Assembly: GCA_036501385.1 (NCBI GenBank)
Contig: DASYAK010000013.1
Coordinates: forward strand, 21,023-85,022
Length of the DNA stretch: 64,000 nt
Direction of reading: 5' to 3'
Source: Gemmatimonadales bacterium
Lineage (GTDB): Bacteria > Gemmatimonadota > Gemmatimonadetes > Gemmatimonadales > GWC2-71-9
Part shown: positions 58,073 through 64,000 of the stretch, in pieces
How positions within the stretch are numbered: the stretch's first letter is position 1
How the letters are laid out: every line of letters begins with the position of its first letter
The notes under the pieces: model-generated
Told to the model about the DNA's origin: nothing
Seen by the model: the letters and a program-made list of their open reading frames with translations, nothing else
Database searches by the model: none
Translations under genes and position numbers: made by a program

Positions 58073-60466
58073 ATGGAGTTCATTCGGCAGGACCTGCGTT
58101 TCGCGCTGCGCCAGCTGATCCGGACTCCGGGGTTCGCTCTCCTCACCGTCGTCACGCTGGCGCTCGGCATCGGCGCGACGACGGCGATCTTCGCAGTGTT
58201 CAACGCAGCGCTTCTCCGGCCGTTGCCGTATCCCGCCGCCGATCGCCTGGTATCGCTCTGGGCCACGCTTCCCGGGCAGCCGCGTCTTCTCGGTGCAATC
58301 CTCGATTTCGACGCCATGCGCGCGCAGGCCCGCACGATTACTGATCTCGGCGTCATCCGCGAGCAGAGCGTCAACATCACCGGAGGCGATACACCGGACC
58401 GGATCACCGGGGCATTTGTCACGGCGAATACGCTGCGACTCCTGGGTGTTCGCCCGGAACGCGGCCGGCTGATCTTGTCCGGCGAGAGTGCTTCCGGGTC
58501 ATCCGGCGCGGTGGCGGTCCTCTCGGATGCGATGTGGCGAACCCGCTTCGGAGGCGCCGACCTGATTGGCCACACCGTGATCCTCGATGGCGCGCCACGG
58601 GTGGTGATCGGCATTGCGGCACCCTATCAGAGTCCATGGGGACCGATCGACGCCTGGATTCCCGTGAGTGGTGCACCCGCGGCGGCCACGTGGCTCGACC
58701 GCGCCAATCGAAATGTGTGGGCGGTGGCACAGTTGCGTGCCGGCGTTCGCGTCGCGGACGCGCAGCGTGAGTTCTCCACGATTGCCGATCGTCTGGCGAT
58801 CGCGTATCCGGGAACCAACGCGGGTCTCGGCGTGCGGCTCACGCCGATTCGCGAGGAGATCGTCGGCTCGAGCGCCCCGGTCCTCTGGATGATGCTCGGA
58901 AGCATCGCGATTGTCCTGCTGATCGCCTGCGCCAACATTGCCAATCTCCAGCTGGTTCGCGCGGCCAGGCGTGAGCGCGAGATCGCGGTGCGGGCCGCAC
59001 TTGGCGCCCGGCGCGGGCGGCTCGTCCGCCAGCTCCTGACCGAAAGCCTGGTGCTCGCCGGGCTCGGGGGAATCGTCGGCCTGGTTGCATCGACCTGGCT
59101 GACCGGCGCCATCGTCGCCCTCATTCCCGGTGGCGTCCCCGCGATTGGCGCGGTCACGTTCGACGGTCGCGTCTTCGGATTCGCGGCAATCGTCGCAGTG
59201 GGCACCGGTCTGCTGTTCGGCGCGTGGCCCGCGCTCCGTAGCACCCGGAGCGACCTGAACCGCGTGCTGACGGTTCGAGGCGCCAGTGGCGGACGCGCGG
59301 CGACGCGTAACCTGCTGGTCGGTGCGCAGCTCACGCTCTGCACGGTGCTTCTCCTCGGCGCCGCCACGCTTGCCCGCTCCCTGATCGCTGCTGAGCAGAC
59401 CACCGTCGGATTCGATCCGCATCACGTGCTCGCCGGCGAGTTCAGGCTGCCGCAGGCGAAGTATCCCACGCCTGACGTCCAGCGCGCGTTCATGGCACGC
59501 GCGCTCGATGCCCTTCGCGCGATTCCCGGTGTCGAGTCCGCAGCGCTGGTCCGGTCGGCTCCGCTCACCGGCAACTTCGGGCAGGCGGGATACCGGATTC
59601 CCGGCACCGCCCCGACCGCCGTTCCCAGCTCGGCGCTGGAGAACGACATCTCCGACGGCTTTTTTCACACCATGCGAATTCCCCTCCTTGCCGGCCGGGA
59701 TTTCACCGCCGACGATCGACCCGGATCGCCGCTGGTTGCCATCGTGGATCAGGACTTCGCGAACCACGCGTGGCCGGGCCAGTCGGCGATCGGGAAGCAG
59801 ATCGTGATCCTTGGTCCACCGGATCAGGTCGTGACGATCGTCGGGCTGGTCGGCTCGATCAAGCAGCGTGGCATCGGCGATCTGCCGATGCCCGAGCTGT
59901 ATCAACCGCTGCGGCAGGCGACGGGTCCGTTTGTCAGCTTCGTGATTCGTGGCGCCGGCGATCCCACTCGTCGCGCACCGGCGGTGCGATCGGCGATCTG
60001 GTCGCTCGACCGCGATCAACCGGTGTGGGGCATCCGGTCGATCGATTCATTCGTCGATTCCAACATGGCGGCGCCACGATTCGCTTTCGCGGTCGGGGGA
60101 CTCTTCGCGATGTTCGCGGCGATCCTTGCGCTGATCGGAGTGTACGGCGTGATGAGCTACGCGCTCACTCTCCGGACCCGGGAACTCGGGATCCGCGCCG
60201 CTCTCGGCGCGCAGGGGCTGCAGCTCGTGCGCCTGGTCCTCGGCGAAGGAGCGGTGATCGTCGTGACCGCGGTGCTCCTCGGCGTGGCGGGAGCGCTCGG
60301 GGCCAGCCAGCTCTTCAGGTCGCTCGTCGCGGGGGCGGGTCAACTCGATCTGATGACGATCGTCGGCGTGTCGGCGGGACTCATCGCCGTCGCGCTCGGG
60401 ACGGCGTGGATCCCCGTCCGGCGCGCGGCACGCGTCGACCCGATCATCGCAATGCGGGCCGAATAG
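58073..60466 (+). CDS. ADOP-family duplicated MacB/FtsX-type ABC permease
   Basis: 797 aa. The N-terminus is [38 protein letters not shown] and the C-terminus is IPVRRAARVDPIIAMRAE. Confidence 0.85.
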   Translation: MEFIRQDLRFALRQLIRTPGFALLTVVTLALGIGATTAIFAVFNAALLRPLPYPAADRLVSLWATLPGQPRLLGAILDFDAMRAQARTITDLGVIREQSVNITGGDTPDRITGAFVTANTLRLLGVRPERGRLILSGESASGSSGAVAVLSDAMWRTRFGGADLIGHTVILDGAPRVVIGIAAPYQSPWGPIDAWIPVSGAPAAATWLDRANRNVWAVAQLRAGVRVADAQREFSTIADRLAIAYPGTNAGLGVRLTPIREEIVGSSAPVLWMMLGSIAIVLLIACANIANLQLVRAARREREIAVRAALGARRGRLVRQLLTESLVLAGLGGIVGLVASTWLTGAIVALIPGGVPAIGAVTFDGRVFGFAAIVAVGTGLLFGAWPALRSTRSDLNRVLTVRGASGGRAATRNLLVGAQLTLCTVLLLGAATLARSLIAAEQTTVGFDPHHVLAGEFRLPQAKYPTPDVQRAFMARALDALRAIPGVESAALVRSAPLTGNFGQAGYRIPGTAPTAVPSSALENDISDGFFHTMRIPLLAGRDFTADDRPGSPLVAIVDQDFANHAWPGQSAIGKQIVILGPPDQVVTIVGLVGSIKQRGIGDLPMPELYQPLRQATGPFVSFVIRGAGDPTRRAPAVRSAIWSLDRDQPVWGIRSIDSFVDSNMAAPRFAFAVGGLFAMFAAILALIGVYGVMSYALTLRTRELGIRAALGAQGLQLVRLVLGEGAVIVVTAVLLGVAGALGASQLFRSLVAGAGQLDLMTIVGVSAGLIAVALGTAWIPVRRAARVDPIIAMRAE

Positions 60467-60475
60467 CAGGGATGA

Positions 60476-60610
60476 CGATGCGCGCCTTTGTCGCCGACTG
60501 CGCTACGCCACACGGGGACCGCTCAGGTCGCCGCTCTTGCCCTCGCCGCGTATCTTCCGGCGCGCCGAGCGGCGCGCATCGATCCGATGATCGCGTTACG
60601 CGCGGAATGA
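60476..60610 (+). pseudogene. remnant of the 3' end of another ADOP/MacB-type permease gene (last ~44 codons only)
   Basis: The frame-2 translation is RCAPLSPTALRHTGTAQVAALALAAYLPARRAARIDPMIALRAE*. It reproduces the family C-terminus (compare the ends of the three full-length permeases). It has no start codon, and a TGA lies immediately upstream in frame (60473-60475). Confidence 0.7.
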
Positions 60611-60632
60611 CCTTGAGAGGGCGGACGAGCCG

Positions 60633-61292
60633 ATGATTTCGTTGCACGACGTTGAAAAGAGCTATCCCCTCGCCGGCGGCCGGAGTTACGTCCTTCGGCG
60701 GATTACGCTGGACATCAAGCAGGGCGAGTTCGTCACGATCATGGGGCCGTCCGGGGCGGGGAAGTCGACGCTTCTCGCCGTGCTCGGCATGCTCGACGGC
60801 CAGTGGACCGGTGAATACACCCTGCACGAACACGCCGTCCATCGGCTCGACGCCAAGAAGCGCGTTGCGCTGCACAAGCAATACGTCGGCTTCGTCTTCC
60901 AGCAGTATCATCTCCTTGACGACCTCACCGTGGCGGAGAATCTCGACATTCCGCTTTCCTATCGCGACATCCGCAAGGCGGAGCGCCAGGCGGTGGTGGC
61001 CGACACGCTCGATCGCTTCGGGATCGTGGCCAAGAAAGACCTCTATCCGACGCAGCTCTCCGGAGGGCAGCAGCAACTCGTCGCGGTGGCGCGCGCGGTG
61101 ATCCACAAGCCGTCGCTCCTCCTCGCCGACGAGCCGACCGGCAACCTCCACTCGGCGCAGGGGCGCGAGATCATGGAGTTGTTCACGGCGCTCAACAAGG
61201 GCGGGACGACGATCATTCAGGTGACCCATTCGGAGACCAACGCGACGTACGGCAACCGGATCATCAATCTCAAGGATGGCTGGGTCGTATGA
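60633..61292 (+). CDS. ABC transporter ATP-binding protein (MacB/LolD type)
   Basis: 219 aa. Motifs are [23 protein letters not shown] and [11 protein letters not shown]. Confidence 0.9.
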   Translation: MISLHDVEKSYPLAGGRSYVLRRITLDIKQGEFVTIMGPSGAGKSTLLAVLGMLDGQWTGEYTLHEHAVHRLDAKKRVALHKQYVGFVFQQYHLLDDLTVAENLDIPLSYRDIRKAERQAVVADTLDRFGIVAKKDLYPTQLSGGQQQLVAVARAVIHKPSLLLADEPTGNLHSAQGREIMELFTALNKGGTTIIQVTHSETNATYGNRIINLKDGWVV

Positions 61293-61315
61293 TCGGCACC
61301 GCGGGGCGTGTGTAG

Positions 61316-63766
61316 ATGAACGCCGCCTCGCGACTCCGCGTCGCCGTGCGCGCCCTGCGACGCAGCCCGGTCTACGCCATCACGGCGGTGCTGACGCTGG
61401 CCCTCGGCATCGCGCTCGTCACCGCGGCGTTCTCGCTCATCGATGCGGTACTGCTCCAGCCACTTCCCTTTGCGAACGCCGATCGCGTCGTCGAACTCGG
61501 ACAGCAGGACGCCCAGGCGCGCACCACCGGCGTCTCGTATCCCAACTTTCTCGATTGGGCGCAGCAGGATCGTGGCGGAGCGATTCTGGATTTCGGATAC
61601 GCGCGGGGTCGCGGGTCGACGATCCGGGTGAAGGGCGAAGCACACCCGGTTCTCGGGTCGGCGGTGAGCGACGAATTCTTCCGCGTGCTGCGGCCGAAGC
61701 TTCTTGCGGGACGCTTCTTCACGCCCGATGAGGCGCACCGGGGCGTACGCGACGTGGTGCTCTCCTACCGCCTCTGGCACGACCAGCTCGGCGCCGATCC
61801 GCGGGTGCTGGGAAGTATCGTGACGCTCGGGGAGGGCGACTTTCTCGTCACCGGAATTCTGGCGGCCGGTCCGGCCTATCCCGACTGGGGCGGCGACGGC
61901 TTCTTCATTCCGATCCCGACCGTGGCCGCGACCGACAGGGTCCTGACGGCGCGGGACTTCCACGCCGATTCGCGCGCCATCGCCCGACTCGCACCCGGCG
62001 CCACTGCCGAGCGCGCCACGATCGAACTCGGCGCGATCGCCAAGCGCCTGGCGGCGGCCTATCCCGCGGAAGATGGTCCGTGGACTGCGGTGGGGATGGC
62101 GACGCTGCGCGACCGGTTGATCGGCGGCGCACAATCGCGGCTCCTGATTCTCGCCACGGCGATGATGCTCGTCCTCCTGATTGCGTGGGTCAATCTCACC
62201 AACCTCGCGCTGGTGCGGGGCAGCGGGCGAGTCCGCGAGATGGCGATCCGCACCTCCCTCGGTGCGTCCCGGTCGCAGATCGTCGGCGACCTGCTGATCG
62301 AGCAGCTGATTCTCGCCGGTGCGGCGGCAGTGGCTGGCGCGCTCGCCGCGACATGGGTTGTCGGACTGATGCGCGGATTCGCCGCCGGTGCGCCGGGATC
62401 GGAGGGGGTGCACATCGACGTCCGTGCGATGCTCTTTGCGGCCGGCATGGCGATCGTGTCGGCGCTGGTGATCGGGGCACTCCCGGCGATGCGTGCCGCG
62501 CGGATTCCGCTCACCGAACCGCTCAAGGAAGGAGGCGGGACCGGATTCAGCGCGCGACAGCAGCGGATCCGCAGCCTTCTCGTCGCGGGGGAGATCGCGC
62601 TCGCCTCGATGCTGGTGATCAGCGCCGGCCTGCTGGTGAAGAGCTTCTGGGCGCTGAGCCACGTCGATCCCGGTTTCAACACCCACGGGCTCGTCGCCAT
62701 CGACTTCTCGCCGCCGGGACCGCGGTACGCCGAGCCGGTGCAGGCCGGGGCGTTCTATACCGCAATGCTCGCGGCGGTGCACGCCGTCCCCGGCGTCGAG
62801 CGTGCGGCGCTGACGAATCACATGCCGCTCAATGGTGCGGCGCTTCCCACCAGTGTTGTGATCCCGGGTCGGGTCGCCGACAGCAGCCGCGATCCGCAGG
62901 TCCTCTTTCGCACGTTGTCGCCCGAGTACACCGGGACTCTCGAAATTCCCGTCGTCCGCGGCCGCAACTTCGACGCGGCCGATCTCGGTGGCGGGAACGC
63001 CGTGCTCATCAACCAGACCTTCGCCAGGACCTTCTTCCCCGGCGTCGATCCACTCGGCCGAAGCGTGATGCTGCGCAAGTCGGCGCAGGGATACCCGGAC
63101 TACGGCGAGCCGCTCCCCGGGGTGATCGTCGGTGTGATCGGTGATGTGCATCACTTCGGCGTGCAGTCGCCGCCAGTTCCCGAGATCTACATCCCCTATA
63201 CCCGGAATCCCTGGGCGCACATGGTCGTCGTGGCGCGCACGGACGGAAGCCCCGCCGCGCTGATTCCGGGAATCCGTCGCGCGATGCTCGCGGTCGACCC
63301 CGCGATAATGGTTTCCGGCGGCGTGTTCGGCGGCTTCGCCGTGATCGACGACATCCGCGACGGCGACGTCTCCGGTCAGCGGTTCAACATGCTCCTCCTC
63401 GGTGGGTTCGCGTTCTGTGCGTTGCTGCTCTCCGCCGTGGGGATCTATGGACTGGTCGCCTATGCCGTGGCGCAACGCACCCGCGAGCTCGGCATCCGCA
63501 TGGCACTTGGTGCTTGCGCCCGCGACGTGGTGCAGCTGATTCTGGGGAACGGCGGTCGATTGATTGCGGGCGGCATTGTCGCCGGGCTCGCTGGCGCGGT
63601 CGCACTGACACGGTTGATCGCCAGCATGCTCTTCGGAGTGAGCGCCACCGACCTGGCCACATTCGGGATCACCACGGTGATCCTGGCTGCGGTCGCACTG
63701 GTGGCGTGCTACGTCCCGGCGCGGCGCGCCAGTCGCATCGATCCGGTGGTCGCACTGCGGGAATGA
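61316..63766 (+). CDS. ADOP-family duplicated MacB/FtsX-type ABC permease
   Basis: 816 aa. The N-terminus is [37 protein letters not shown] and the C-terminus is YVPARRASRIDPVVALRE. Confidence 0.85.
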   Translation: MNAASRLRVAVRALRRSPVYAITAVLTLALGIALVTAAFSLIDAVLLQPLPFANADRVVELGQQDAQARTTGVSYPNFLDWAQQDRGGAILDFGYARGRGSTIRVKGEAHPVLGSAVSDEFFRVLRPKLLAGRFFTPDEAHRGVRDVVLSYRLWHDQLGADPRVLGSIVTLGEGDFLVTGILAAGPAYPDWGGDGFFIPIPTVAATDRVLTARDFHADSRAIARLAPGATAERATIELGAIAKRLAAAYPAEDGPWTAVGMATLRDRLIGGAQSRLLILATAMMLVLLIAWVNLTNLALVRGSGRVREMAIRTSLGASRSQIVGDLLIEQLILAGAAAVAGALAATWVVGLMRGFAAGAPGSEGVHIDVRAMLFAAGMAIVSALVIGALPAMRAARIPLTEPLKEGGGTGFSARQQRIRSLLVAGEIALASMLVISAGLLVKSFWALSHVDPGFNTHGLVAIDFSPPGPRYAEPVQAGAFYTAMLAAVHAVPGVERAALTNHMPLNGAALPTSVVIPGRVADSSRDPQVLFRTLSPEYTGTLEIPVVRGRNFDAADLGGGNAVLINQTFARTFFPGVDPLGRSVMLRKSAQGYPDYGEPLPGVIVGVIGDVHHFGVQSPPVPEIYIPYTRNPWAHMVVVARTDGSPAALIPGIRRAMLAVDPAIMVSGGVFGGFAVIDDIRDGDVSGQRFNMLLLGGFAFCALLLSAVGIYGLVAYAVAQRTRELGIRMALGACARDVVQLILGNGGRLIAGGIVAGLAGAVALTRLIASMLFGVSATDLATFGITTVILAAVALVACYVPARRASRIDPVVALRE

Positions 63767-63950
63767 GGCCGGTGGACACCACACTGTCCGCTTCTGGCAC
63801 TGTCATTCGCGTCTTCGCACACAGCGGTCTGGTCGCCTTCCCGGGATAATTCGCAAAGCCCGTCGCCTCAATGACTTGCGGATCGATCGCAAGGCACATC
63901 GCTTGCGTTACCGAGTGGGTGTCTCGTGGCATCTACCTGTCGAGGTCACC

Positions 63951-64000
63951 ATGCCAGGCTCGCTGATTCAGGACCTCCGCTACGCCGTCCGCGGACTGCG
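63951..64000 (+). CDS. ADOP-family permease, N-terminal fragment (continues beyond the window)
   Basis: The ATG at 63951 begins MPGSLIQDLRYAVRGL, which is the family N-terminal signature. Confidence 0.6.
   Translation, partial: MPGSLIQDLRYAVRGL

Noticed and set aside
63875-63907. Three-segment alternative pairing (CTTGCG / CGCAAG / CTTGCG) upstream of the last permease, as an attenuator
   Set aside because: The stems are only 6 bp, with no leader peptide or U-tract. This could easily arise by chance, so it is not reported as a feature.

Overview
This is a 64-kb, visibly GC-rich and densely coding bacterial chromosomal segment with about 50 CDS. Many neighbouring genes overlap at start/stop (ATGA or GTGA). 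I saw no rRNA, tRNA, CRISPR array, transposase, integrase or phage genes. The family content suggests a soil Gemmatimonadota/Acidobacteriota-like organism (inference only): several ADOP/MacB-type duplicated FtsX permeases, GWxTD-like proteins, TonB-dependent receptors and signal peptides ending A-Q. Gene order, left to right: (1) trpS 3' end, a pilT-like gene and purA, all overlapped. (2) A minus-strand type IV minor-pilin operon: FimT/GspH-like, PilV-like, PilW-like and a 670-aa PilX_N fusion. (3) glyQS, two tiny coupled ORFs (the second looks ubiquitin-like), an HDAC-family deacetylase, a dipeptide epimerase and priA. (4) A TonB receptor divergent from an overlapped operon of TIGR00300-like, hypothetical, Fur and CcdA genes. 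(5) A minus-strand oxidative operon: ASRT-family protein, PoxB-like ThDP enzyme, enolase-superfamily enzyme, YdiJ-like FAD/Fe-S dehydrogenase and an archaeal-type glucose-dehydrogenase-like MDR. (6) An MsbA-like ABC exporter, a lipoprotein, ggt, murQ-anmK, a PP2C phosphatase and an AmiC-type amidase. (7) Four tandem secreted GWxTD-like paralogues of about 750 aa, which are the most unusual block. (8) nrdJ, a DinB-like protein and an amidohydrolase. (9) A His/Cys-rich protein, CopC and a TonB receptor. (10) An alpha/beta hydrolase, then an array of four ADOP permeases with one MacA-like adaptor, two ABC ATPases and one permease 3' remnant. Non-coding highlights are a dispersed GA/TC polypurine-polypyrimidine repeat family at three intergenic sites, several GC-rich hairpins and a 13-bp palindrome in front of copC. 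All functional calls come from motif and pattern recognition on the supplied translations. No database search was run.
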